A stretch of DNA of 64,000 nt from Minisyncoccota bacterium (GTDB lineage Bacteria; Patescibacteriota; Minisyncoccia; Phycocordibacterales; SBAW01), in contig DASZRD010000007.1 in the NCBI GenBank assembly GCA_035549255.1, positions 65,104 through 129,103 of the forward strand. The letters are read 5' to 3'. The translations under genes were made by a program, and so were the position numbers. The notes beneath the pieces were generated by a model. The model ran no database searches. It was not told where the DNA came from and worked only from the letters and a program-made list of their open reading frames with translations. Below are positions 47,031 to 59,845 of this stretch, one piece after another; position 1 is the stretch's first letter; the number at the start of each line of letters is the position of its first letter.

Positions 47031-47037
47031 CACCTAT

Positions 47038-47121
47038 GCGTCGGTGGTAGAGTGGTCAATTACAACAGACTGTAAATCTGTCGCCCATTGGGCTACGCAG
47101 GTTCGAATCCTGCCCGGCGCA
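47038..47121 (+). tRNA. tRNA-Tyr (anticodon GTA)
   Basis: Anticodon stem-loop CAGA-CTGTAAA-TCTG, a long variable arm, T arm GCAGG-TTCGAAT-CCTGC, acceptor GCGTCGG/CCGGCGC and discriminator A. Confidence 0.75.
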
Positions 47122-47170
47122 CTAAAGAAAAATCCCCTCGGCGGGGATTTTCTTTTTATATTATTCAATT

Positions 47171-49888
<2,718 letters not shown>

Positions 49889-49905
49889 AGAGAGACTCTA
49901 GGTTA

Positions 49906-50733
49906 TTACGGGCTTGCGGGCGTTGAGGTTGCAGCGGCAGGCGCCGAGGGAGCGGCGAGGACGGTATAGAACGTGGCTCCCGCCTGCGCCGAATCTCCGG
50001 TCGTGATGCCGATCACCTCGCCGAAGATGGTCATGAGGAGCGCACCCGGCGTCTGTGCCGCGACCGTGGCATCAATCAGACCGGGCGAATCCTTGTCGGG
50101 GAGCGAGGCGATAACGCCGCTGCCGACACGGTCGCTCCCGGCGCCGGTAATCGCGATGACGGATTGCCCGAGCGCAAGCTTACCGGCAGAGGCGAGCGTA
50201 GCGGCCGCGAAGCCGGTTGACGTGCCGACCGAGATATCCACGACCGCGACCGAGCTGCTTGCCGAGCCGCTTCGCACGGTTGCCGGCACGCGATCACCCG
50301 ACGCAAGGATCGCCTCGAAGGATGTCGCGCTCGACGCCGCAAGAGAGCTCCGGTCGGCGACGGCCGTGCCCTTGCTGTCCACGATGACGCCTCTCGTAAT
50401 AAGAGTGTCGTCTCCCGCGGCGACAATCCGTACAATGCTCTTCTGCACCGTCGCGATCGACTGGGCCGTGAGGTCGTCGTCTTTGACTACTACCGTCTTC
50501 TCGGTCGTTGCGGCAGCGGCTGAAGCGCTCTGCGTGGCCGGGATGACTGTCTGAACCGTATGCTCGACGATCTGGTTGACCACCCGGGTGACCCCCGCCG
50601 GAGCCTGATCCATGAGAGAAACGGTTACGATCCCGGTGGCGATCGAGGTAACAAATGACACAAGCAGCGTAAGGAGTACGATCTGATGCTTGGTCAATTG
50701 TTCGAGATTCATACGTCGAATATAGTATACCAC
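49906..50733 (-). CDS. membrane-anchored trypsin-like (HtrA-like) domain protein, possibly catalytically degenerate
   Basis: TM helix plus a β-rich region with weak chymotrypsin-fold similarity (...IVRIVAAGDDTLITRGVIVD...). Catalytic triad not evident. Confidence 0.45.
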   Translation of the reverse strand: MVYYIRRMNLEQLTKHQIVLLTLLVSFVTSIATGIVTVSLMDQAPAGVTRVVNQIVEHTVQTVIPATQSASAAAATTEKTVVVKDDDLTAQSIATVQKSIVRIVAAGDDTLITRGVIVDSKGTAVADRSSLAASSATSFEAILASGDRVPATVRSGSASSSVAVVDISVGTSTGFAAATLASAGKLALGQSVIAITGAGSDRVGSGVIASLPDKDSPGLIDATVAAQTPGALLMTIFGEVIGITTGDSAQAGATFYTVLAAPSAPAAATSTPASP

Positions 50734-50800
50734 TCAAAAAGAAAACCGCCAAACGGGCGCGAGCCCGTCTGGCGGTTCATGAGGTTTTGGTAGCGGAGGA

Positions 50801-52621
<1,821 letters not shown>

Positions 52622-52708
52622 GGGTTTTATCTCCTTTAGATCTGTGTGAATGTACCTTCCATCCGTGATAACGGATGGAACAACCGCGCGTTACAGTACT
52701 ACACCTTT

Positions 52709-53902
52709 TTAGCTTTGGCGATAGCGCGCTACGACCTTTTCTAAGGCCTTCACAATGTGTTCAGTATCGCTTCGCGTCGCAGTTGGCAGCAAAGTCATGC
52801 GGATAGAATCTTTGGCCTTCTCGGGGCTAAGGCCGATCGCTGCGAGCACGTGCGAGGGCGCCTCGTCGTCGGTGTCGCAGGCCGAGCGGGTCGAGGCGGC
52901 GACGCCGTGCGCGTCGAGCGCCACCACTGCCATGTCGCCGTTGAGGCCCGGGATACAAATATTAATATTGTTGGCGACGCGGTTCTCCCACGCAGGGCCA
53001 TTGAGCGAAACTTCGGAGACTGCGCGCTTAATTTCCTCAAAAAGATACCGGCGCACTTCTGCCATATTCTTAGAATTCTCCTCGGCATTCTTCTGCGCGT
53101 CTTCAAGCGCTACGGCAAAGCTGCCAATGAGCGCTACATTTTCCGTCCCGCTGCGCAAACCTCGCTCTTGCCCGCCGCCATATATATAAGGAGTAAGCGT
53201 GATGCCGCGTCGCGCATACAGGAGCCCAACGCCGCGCGGGCCACCCAGCTTTTGCCCGTCGAGCGTCATAAGGTCGACGCCAAGATGATCGACCTTGAGC
53301 GGCAGCCACAGCGGCGCTTGAGAAGCATCAACATGAAAATAAATATGCCGCTTCTCACCCTGAGCTTGTCGAAGGGTGCGTGCATGTCTAATTTCTTTGG
53401 CAATCTCACGAATATCCTGGATCGTGCCGATCTCGCTGTTGATCATTTGGATTGAGACCAGCGATGTATCAGACGCCAGAGCTTCGCGCAGCATCTTGAG
53501 GTCGATCCTCCCTTCTGCATCAACCGGCAATTCTGTTATCTTTGTACCTTCTTGCGCGAGTGCCCGCAGCGGCTCAAGCACCGATGAGTGCTCAATAGCA
53601 GAAGTTATCGCATGCGTACTTTTCGTGCCGCCCAACGTACCAAAGATCGCGAGATTATTCGCCTCGGTGCCGCCGCTCGTGAAGATTATCTCGTCCGCAT
53701 GTGCGCCAAGCGTCCCTGCGACCTTTTCGCGCGCACCATCAAGCTCCTTTTTTGCCGCAAGAGCCTCGCTGTGAAGTGCGCTCGGGTTGCCATAGAACTC
53801 GATAAGCCGTATAAGCTCGCGTTTAGCGTGCGAAGTCATCGGCATCGATGCCGCCGCATCGGCATATATTCGACTTTTCCCAAAAAAAGAAAACGATTCC
53901 AT
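52709..53902 (-). CDS. iscS: cysteine desulfurase (class V aminotransferase, IscS/NifS-like)
   Basis: ...IYADAAASMPMT...FTSGGTEANNLAI.... The start was set at MESFSFF. The 208-aa upstream extension in the track ORF has no homology support. Confidence 0.88.
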   Translation of the reverse strand: MESFSFFGKSRIYADAAASMPMTSHAKRELIRLIEFYGNPSALHSEALAAKKELDGAREKVAGTLGAHADEIIFTSGGTEANNLAIFGTLGGTKSTHAITSAIEHSSVLEPLRALAQEGTKITELPVDAEGRIDLKMLREALASDTSLVSIQMINSEIGTIQDIREIAKEIRHARTLRQAQGEKRHIYFHVDASQAPLWLPLKVDHLGVDLMTLDGQKLGGPRGVGLLYARRGITLTPYIYGGGQERGLRSGTENVALIGSFAVALEDAQKNAEENSKNMAEVRRYLFEEIKRAVSEVSLNGPAWENRVANNINICIPGLNGDMAVVALDAHGVAASTRSACDTDDEAPSHVLAAIGLSPEKAKDSIRMTLLPTATRSDTEHIVKALEKVVARYRQS

Positions 53903-53932
53903 ATACCCTGAATCTACTATATACTGTGCCCA

Positions 53933-55459
53933 ATGTCGCCAGAAGCCGCCACAACGGGGGCCCGCCCCCCGATCGTTGCTATTGTAGGGCACATCGACCA
54001 CGGCAAGTCGACGCTTCTTGACTATATCCGCAAAAGCAACGTCGTCGCCGGCGAAGCGGGCGGCATCACGCAGCACCTCTCGGCGTATGAGGCCGTGCAC
54101 AAGAACGCGACCGGCGAACACACCATTACTTTCCTCGACACGCCGGGCCACGAGGCGTTTACCAAGATGCGCTCGCGCGGGCTCGAGGTCGCCGACGTCG
54201 CGATCTTGGTTGTCTCTGCGGAAGAAGGCGTGAAGCCGCAGACCGTGGAGGCGCTCAAGCTTATTGAAGAAACAAAGATTCCCTACATCGTCGCATTTAC
54301 GAAGATCGACAAGCCTAATGCCAACCTCGAAAAGGCCAAGATGTCGATGCTCGAGCATAATGTCTTCCTCGAGGGGCTCGGCGGTGAAGTGCCGTTCATC
54401 CCCGTATCGGGAAAAACCGGCGAGGGCATCCCCGAACTCCTCGACCTCATACTCCTCGCCGCGGAACTCGAGGGCATAACGAGCGACCCTAAGAAACCGG
54501 GCACCGGCGTCGTGATCGAGGCACACGTCGATAACAAGCGCGGCAACACAGCAACGCTTATTATTCTCGACGGCTCTATAAAGAGCGGGCAGTTCGTCGT
54601 CGCCGGCGAGGCCATGGCGCCCACGCGCATCATGGAGAACTTCCTCGGTAAAGCAGTAAAAGAGGCGCGCGCCGGGAGTCCTATCGGCATCGTCGGCTTC
54701 TCCGTCCTGCCGTCAGTCGGCGCGCACTGGCAGACAGTGGAGAAAAAGAAGGATGCCGAAGCTATGGCGGAAGAGGCGCGCCTCGCCAACAAGAAGCCGA
54801 CCAAGAATGTCAGCACCGCGCCCAGTGAAGGAGAGGAGGAAAAATTGCATGTGATCCTCCCACTCGTCATCAAGACCGATGTCGCCGGCACCGCCGACGC
54901 GGTCATGCACGAGCTCGATAAGCTGCCGCAAGATGAGCGTCTTGAAGTACGTATCGTTTCGAAGGGTGTCGGCCCCGTAAACGAGGGCGACATCAAGCTC
55001 GCCGGCTCGGGCACGACGCCGGGCATCGTGGTTGGCTTTAACGTAAAGCAAGAGCCCGTGTCGCGTGAGATGGCCGAGCGGCTCCAGGTAGCGGTCGGCA
55101 CCTTCGATATCATTTACAAACTCTCCGAATGGCTCGGCGAGGAACTCCTCAAGCGCCAGCCGCGCGAGCGCACCGAAGAGCTCAGCGGTTCCGCAAAGGT
55201 CCTTAAAGTTTTCAGCACCACCAAGGGCAAAGTAGTGCTGGGCGGCCGGGTCGAGGAGGGCGAGCTCAAGGAAGGCGCTGAAGTGAAGATCATGCGCCGG
55301 GATCTCGAGCTTGGGCGCGGTACCATTACCTCGCTTCAGTCGCAGAAGACGCCGGTCAAGAAGATCGAGAGCGGAAGCGAGTTCGGCATGCAGCTCAAGA
55401 CCTCTGCCGAGCCCGCAGCGGGCGACCTTATTCAGGCATTCAACATCGTCTTCAAATAA
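53933..55459 (+). CDS. infB: translation initiation factor IF-2 (short 508-aa form, G-domain onward)
   Basis: GTPase motifs [12 protein letters not shown] and DTPGH, plus IF-2 C-terminal domains. Confidence 0.88.
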   Translation: MSPEAATTGARPPIVAIVGHIDHGKSTLLDYIRKSNVVAGEAGGITQHLSAYEAVHKNATGEHTITFLDTPGHEAFTKMRSRGLEVADVAILVVSAEEGVKPQTVEALKLIEETKIPYIVAFTKIDKPNANLEKAKMSMLEHNVFLEGLGGEVPFIPVSGKTGEGIPELLDLILLAAELEGITSDPKKPGTGVVIEAHVDNKRGNTATLIILDGSIKSGQFVVAGEAMAPTRIMENFLGKAVKEARAGSPIGIVGFSVLPSVGAHWQTVEKKKDAEAMAEEARLANKKPTKNVSTAPSEGEEEKLHVILPLVIKTDVAGTADAVMHELDKLPQDERLEVRIVSKGVGPVNEGDIKLAGSGTTPGIVVGFNVKQEPVSREMAERLQVAVGTFDIIYKLSEWLGEELLKRQPRERTEELSGSAKVLKVFSTTKGKVVLGGRVEEGELKEGAEVKIMRRDLELGRGTITSLQSQKTPVKKIESGSEFGMQLKTSAEPAAGDLIQAFNIVFK

Positions 55460-55461
55460 TA

Positions 55462-55787
55462 TGCAGGATAACCACCACGACCGGTTGGAGAATGCGCTGC
55501 GCGAAGGCGCGGCGGAGTTCCTCGCGCGCGAAGCGAACAGAACTTCGCTTGTGACCGTCACGCGCGTGATGTTAAGCGAAGACACCAAGCGCGCGCATAT
55601 TTTTATTACCGTACTTCCCGACTCGGCCGAGGAAGGCGCGCTCCAGTTCGCTAATCGCAACCGCACCGAATTGCGCGACTTCCTGAAGTCGCGCATCAAA
55701 GGCGGCATCCCGGGCGACATAATCTTCGAGATCGACTTAGGCGAGAAGAACCGCCAGCGGCTCGACGAACTCAGCCAAGAACGCTAG
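55462..55787 (+). CDS. rbfA: ribosome-binding factor A
   Basis: KH-like RbfA fold directly after infB, the conserved infB-rbfA order. Confidence 0.8.
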
Positions 55788-55818
55788 AGTAGAGAAACGC
55801 CCGCTCATGGCGAGGCAT

Positions 55819-55893
55819 GGCCACGTGGCGAAGAAGCAACGCGGCGGTCTGCAAAACCGCTATGCGAGGGTGCGAATCCCTCCGTGGCCTCCA
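55819..55893 (+). tRNA. tRNA-Cys (anticodon GCA), CCA encoded
   Basis: Acceptor GGCCACG/CGTGGCC, anticodon stem-loop GCGGT-CTGCAAA-ACCGC, T arm GAGGG-TGCGAAT-CCCTC, and a U73 discriminator (a Cys identity element) followed by CCA. Confidence 0.7.
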
Positions 55894-55897
55894 GGCG

Positions 55898-55980
55898 GCC
55901 GGGGTGATGGAATGGTAGACATAGGGGACTTAAAATCCCCAGGCCGCAAGGCCATGAGAGTTCGACTCTCTCCCCCGGCA
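55898..55980 (+). tRNA. tRNA-Leu (anticodon TAA)
   Basis: Class II: GCCGGGGTGATGGAATGGTAGAC..., anticodon loop CTTAAAA, long variable arm. Confidence 0.85.
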
Positions 55981-56010
55981 CATTGTCCCCCGCGCGCTTT
56001 TATTGTATTT

Positions 56011-56083
56011 TGGTTGATACGCGCCCATAGCTCAGTTGGTAGAGCTGCTCCCTCTTAAGGAGAAGGTCGTAGGTTCGAATCCT
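56011..56083 (+). tRNA. tRNA-Lys (anticodon CTT)
   Basis: GCGCCCATAGCTCAGTTGGTAGAGC..., anticodon loop CTCTTAA, T-loop TTCGAAT. Confidence 0.8.
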
Positions 56084-56103
56084 ACTGGGCGCACACGCGA
56101 GAC

Positions 56104-56185
56104 GCTGGGGTGGCGGAATTGGTATACGCACGTGCCTTAGGAGCACGCGGGGCAACCCATGGAGGTTCAAGTCCTCTCCCCAGCA
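56104..56185 (+). tRNA. tRNA-Leu (anticodon TAG)
   Basis: GCTGGGGTGGCGGAATTGGTATACGC..., anticodon loop CTTAGGA, long variable arm, T-loop TTCAAGT. Confidence 0.8.
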
Positions 56186-56338
56186 CAAAAGCCTAATTGA
56201 TCCGATTTTTAGCCTGAATTTTGTAAGGTTTTTTGTACTTGACAAAATAGTACTAAATATGATATAATAGCAGACGGAGCATGGGCTACTCATGTCCGTG
56301 CAACAGATTCATCGAAATAAAACCATGGAGTATCAGAA

Positions 56339-57508
56339 ATGATCTCATTCGCACTAAACGCAGCAGGGATGATGACCGCCCTCGCGATCCTCTTCCTACT
56401 GACTGTCTATCTACTCGCAAAATTGAATCTCTTCTTCACCATCCTCGAAGAAGGAACCGCAGTAGCGATCATGAGGAGCGCCGGCGGCTTCGATCACTTC
56501 ATCATGAAGTGGAACGGGCACTACCTCAACGACCCGCGCCAGCCGTGGTACAACCCGGGACCTTCCGCATGGGAAGTGCTCGGGGTACATCCGGATAATG
56601 CGGACCAGCCGCCTTCCATCTATCGCTTCCCCGTCTACTGGCTGGCGCCCGTGTGGCGGATGCTGGAGCACTTCGGCATCTACTACTACGGCCTGTACCC
56701 GTTCAAGCAGGTGCACTCGTACACCTTTGACTGGACGGAGCAGCGGATCAAGGAAGGAACCAACGACTATGAGCCGTGGCACCGCGTCGCGCGGACCTCG
56801 TTCATCTACGTCAAGCGGTTCTCTTACTGGGTCCGCCTGCTGGCAGCCGAGGACGAAGACAACATTCCTCTCGACCTCGATTACCTACTCACCGTCATGG
56901 TGAATAACCCGTACAAAGCACTCTTCAGCATCGGCGACTGGCTCGCCCGCACCATCGCGGACGCCAACAACCGGGCCAAGACCTTTACGGGCGCAAGCAC
57001 CTTCGAGGATATGACCAAGGAGCGCACGAAGAGGGATCAAGCCCAGGTCAACGAGTTCTCCAGCAATGTGCTCCAGATAAACGACAACGTCTGGACGGAG
57101 CACGGACTTGGGGGGACTCGCGAGAGCTATGGCGTCACGGTGGCGGCAGTCTCGCTCGTCGAGGTCGCACTCGCCGGCGAGAACCGCCAGGTGCTCGCTG
57201 CGGCTACGACTGCTAAGATCGTGGCCAAGAAGAATGCCGAAGCGGCAGTCGAGACGGCCGAAGGTGCGGCAAAGGCAGTGAAGATTGCTGCCGATGCGGA
57301 AAAATATGCCGTCGACACCGTGTACTCGGAGATCGAGCGCCACGGAGCCGAAGGCATTGCCATCCGCCAACTTGATTCGATCGTGAAGGCCGGCGACAAA
57401 GGCAACCAGATCATCTGGGCTAATAACCCGATCCTAGATGCCGTACGGGAGTTCATGCGGGGCTTCCGTACTACTCCTCCCTCTCCGCCTTCCGCAACAA
57501 ACTCATAA
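56339..57508 (+). CDS. divergent SPFH/band-7 (stomatin/flotillin-like) membrane protein
   Basis: N-terminal TM helix, then ...FTILEEGTAVAIMRSAGG... (SPFH-like β start) and a C-terminal coiled Ala/Lys/Glu-rich segment (...IVAKKNAEAAVETAEGAAKAVKIAADAEKYAV...). Confidence 0.4.
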   Translation: MISFALNAAGMMTALAILFLLTVYLLAKLNLFFTILEEGTAVAIMRSAGGFDHFIMKWNGHYLNDPRQPWYNPGPSAWEVLGVHPDNADQPPSIYRFPVYWLAPVWRMLEHFGIYYYGLYPFKQVHSYTFDWTEQRIKEGTNDYEPWHRVARTSFIYVKRFSYWVRLLAAEDEDNIPLDLDYLLTVMVNNPYKALFSIGDWLARTIADANNRAKTFTGASTFEDMTKERTKRDQAQVNEFSSNVLQINDNVWTEHGLGGTRESYGVTVAAVSLVEVALAGENRQVLAAATTAKIVAKKNAEAAVETAEGAAKAVKIAADAEKYAVDTVYSEIERHGAEGIAIRQLDSIVKAGDKGNQIIWANNPILDAVREFMRGFRTTPPSPPSATNS

Positions 57509-57520
57509 GGAGAAATAATC

Positions 57521-58315
57521 ATGTGGTTGTGGCTATGGGTGCCGATCATCCTTGCTTTGTTGGGAGTCGGTACTCTAGTCGCGCTCATACAGGCCAAAGA
57601 GGCTAGTGAGCGCGATGCTCGGAGGAAACTTGCCCAAAAGGAAAAGTCCCCTGCCGAAAAAGACCAGAAGAAAAAGGCCGATTCTCCAGGCATCTGGCAA
57701 AGGCTGCAAGGCCCTGCCGTCTTCTTCCTCGTGCTTACCACGCTGTGGTTCGTTATCTGGGAGTGGATGCCAAACGCGCCGATCTTCACCACAATTGAAG
57801 GTCGGTTCCACATCGGCTTCTACTACTTCCTGGTCGTACTTCTGGGCCTGATCGACATCACCCAGAAGGACAGGAGGACCAGGCGGACGGCCCTGATCAT
57901 GATGTTCGCCATCTTCTGCATCGTGGGCGTGCGCAGTAGTATGCTCTTCCATACCAGCGGAGTCGGGGCAGCGGGATTGCAGGGCTTCACCGCTCCCGTG
58001 CAGCCCGCAGTCTACTCCCCCGGCGAGGAAGTGATCTCCACCGGTCCAAGGTGCGACAACGTTACGCGGACCGTGAAGTTCGAGGCCGGTTTCCACCCCG
58101 GCCACGCGGGCTGCAACGCCAGTTGGACCATCAGCGATGAGAGCCCGACTAATTGCCTTATCCCCATAGACGGGGACGGGCAGCCGGCGTTGGGCTACGC
58201 TGACGGAGAACCGATTGAGGTCTGCAAGGGCGGAGAAAATGCACTTGTCGGCCACAGTATCTCCGGGTGGCGAATGACGAGCGAGACATTGCTCGAACTT
58301 CGTTACCATTCGTGA
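57521..58315 (+). CDS. polytopic membrane protein with a Cys-containing C-terminal domain (possible NfeD-like partner of the SPFH protein)
   Basis: 264 aa with four predicted TM helices. Co-oriented with the SPFH gene, separated by 13 nt. Confidence 0.4.
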   Translation: MWLWLWVPIILALLGVGTLVALIQAKEASERDARRKLAQKEKSPAEKDQKKKADSPGIWQRLQGPAVFFLVLTTLWFVIWEWMPNAPIFTTIEGRFHIGFYYFLVVLLGLIDITQKDRRTRRTALIMMFAIFCIVGVRSSMLFHTSGVGAAGLQGFTAPVQPAVYSPGEEVISTGPRCDNVTRTVKFEAGFHPGHAGCNASWTISDESPTNCLIPIDGDGQPALGYADGEPIEVCKGGENALVGHSISGWRMTSETLLELRYHS

Positions 58316-58329
58316 TCAACGATCTGTCA

Positions 58330-58372
58330 GTACATCAAAAAAGCGCGACCCTTCGGGGCCGCGCTTTTATTT
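58330..58372. terminator. bidirectional intrinsic terminator
   Basis: AAAAAAGCGCGACCC-TTCG-GGGCCGCGCTTTTATTTTTAT. Confidence 0.55.
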
Positions 58373-58384
58373 TTATATACTTAT

Positions 58385-58717
58385 TTAATGCAGATACTGC
58401 GTCGCCTGGGGCCCCAGCGTATTAGCGACGATATTGAGTATGGCATAGGCGGAAACCATGATAAACATGCCAAGTATCCCGTAGAGCATATGCCGCTTGC
58501 CCTTGTCGCGTTCACCCGCCTCGCTCGAGAGCGCCATCAGAAACTCGACGATGCCGTAGACGAAGAATAGCAGCCCCGCAGCAAAGACAAGCGCAATAAT
58601 GGGATTTATCACAACGCGGGTAAGGCACGCTGCGAACTGCGTTGCACCCTGGAGGCATGCGCCCGAAGCATTGCCGAATGTGCTTACCGTAGCCGCAGCG
58701 GATTGCGTGACGTCCAT
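58385..58717 (-). CDS. T4SS-pilin-like (TrbC/VirB2-like) small membrane protein, paralog 1
   Basis: 110 aa with two TM helices and a shared pattern ...L(I/V)xFxxGxVxFIMxxGE...(W/Y)GI(L/I).... Confidence 0.6.
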   Translation of the reverse strand: MDVTQSAAATVSTFGNASGACLQGATQFAACLTRVVINPIIALVFAAGLLFFVYGIVEFLMALSSEAGERDKGKRHMLYGILGMFIMVSAYAILNIVANTLGPQATQYLH

Positions 58718-58734
58718 AGGACTTTGGGAACCAA

Positions 58735-59025
58735 TTACTGATTGAGCTCGACTTGCGGAGGAGGGAGGGCTGCGCCGCTGCCGACGCCAAGCGTGTTCTG
58801 CACCAGGCGGATAATGCCCCAGATCGATACCATAACGAAGAGCGCGGTAATACCGGCGATCATGACATTGCGCCCTTGAGCGTGGCTTTCTCCGGCGCTC
58901 ATGATGTACTGTACAAGCCCCCAGAAAAAGACAACGAGCGCAAACGCTATGAGAAGCGGGATGAGCGAGTTGAGCGTATTGCCTGCAAAATTGATGAGGC
59001 CCTGAAGATTATTGCCGGTAGCCAT
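58735..59025 (-). CDS. T4SS-pilin-like small membrane protein, paralog 2
   Basis: 96 aa, NSLIPLLIAFALVVFFWGLVQYIMSAGESHAQGRNVMIAGITALFVMVSIWGIIRL. Confidence 0.6.
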   Translation of the reverse strand: MATGNNLQGLINFAGNTLNSLIPLLIAFALVVFFWGLVQYIMSAGESHAQGRNVMIAGITALFVMVSIWGIIRLVQNTLGVGSGAALPPPQVELNQ

Positions 59026-59100
59026 AGAAAGATTAATTAACTATATAATAACTCTAGCAGGCCACCTTATGTGCACAAGGAAGCCATGTGGATAGCATTT

Positions 59101-59367
59101 CTATGTGCCCATTGCGCCCAGGAGCGTATTTTGGAGTATGGCGAGTATACCCCAGATAGAGAAGAGCACGAAAAGCGCGATAATCCCCCACACCATAGCG
59201 TCGCGTTCAGCGGCTCCGCCGACGCTCTCGCCCGATTTCATAATAAAGCGCACCGCTCCCCACATGAATACTACGATCGCAAATGCTACGAGGACCGGTA
59301 TCGTGAGATTTATGATGCCGATCGCATACGAGACGACATCGGCAAAAGTTGAATTGTTTGAGAGCAT
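59101..59367 (-). CDS. T4SS-pilin-like small membrane protein, paralog 3
   Basis: 88 aa, IINLTIPVLVAFAIVVFMWGAVRFIMKSGESVGGAAERDAMVWGIIALFVLFSIWGIL. Confidence 0.6.
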   Translation of the reverse strand: MLSNNSTFADVVSYAIGIINLTIPVLVAFAIVVFMWGAVRFIMKSGESVGGAAERDAMVWGIIALFVLFSIWGILAILQNTLLGAMGT

Positions 59368-59368
59368 G

Positions 59369-59842
59369 TTAACAAGAATTGATGCCCTGGACGCCTAAGT
59401 TGCGAAGCGTATTGATGATGACGCTTGCGATAAGAGAGGCGCCGAGGAAAATCGCGATGCCAATAATGACGTGGTAGAAGTTGGTCTTGGCTTCGCCGAG
59501 CTCGCCTGGGTTCCCCTGCGCAATGATGAATTTGAAGCCCGCCCAGATGATAAAGAGTATGGCGACGGGTATGCCAATTACCATAACGGCATTGAGGAGT
59601 GCAAGCATGAGCTGGCACACGCTGGTGATGCTACCGAGCGGGTTCTCGAGGCAATTGCTACCGCTGGGACAGGAAGAATTAGAAGCATTCTGGCTAACAA
59701 TAGTATTGTTCCCCTGCTGGACTATGGGGGTATCGACTGCGAGATGCGTTCCTGCTGCTGTGCTCACCGCGGGGATCAGCATCACGAGAAGGCTCACGAG
59801 CGTGAGAATGACATCCCGATATATGACAAAAAATCTTTTCAT
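59369..59842 (-). CDS. T4SS-pilin-like protein with a longer N-terminal extracellular region, paralog 4
   Basis: 157 aa. The C-terminal half has the same two-TM pilin-like pattern. A signal or TM segment lies at the N-terminus. Confidence 0.55.
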   Translation of the reverse strand: MKRFFVIYRDVILTLVSLLVMLIPAVSTAAGTHLAVDTPIVQQGNNTIVSQNASNSSCPSGSNCLENPLGSITSVCQLMLALLNAVMVIGIPVAILFIIWAGFKFIIAQGNPGELGEAKTNFYHVIIGIAIFLGASLIASVIINTLRNLGVQGINSC

Positions 59843-59845
59843 TTA

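Noticed and set aside
53903-54526. 208-aa N-terminal extension of the iscS ORF
   Set aside because: No homology support. It would overlap the infB start region. Cysteine desulfurase homology begins at MESFSFF.
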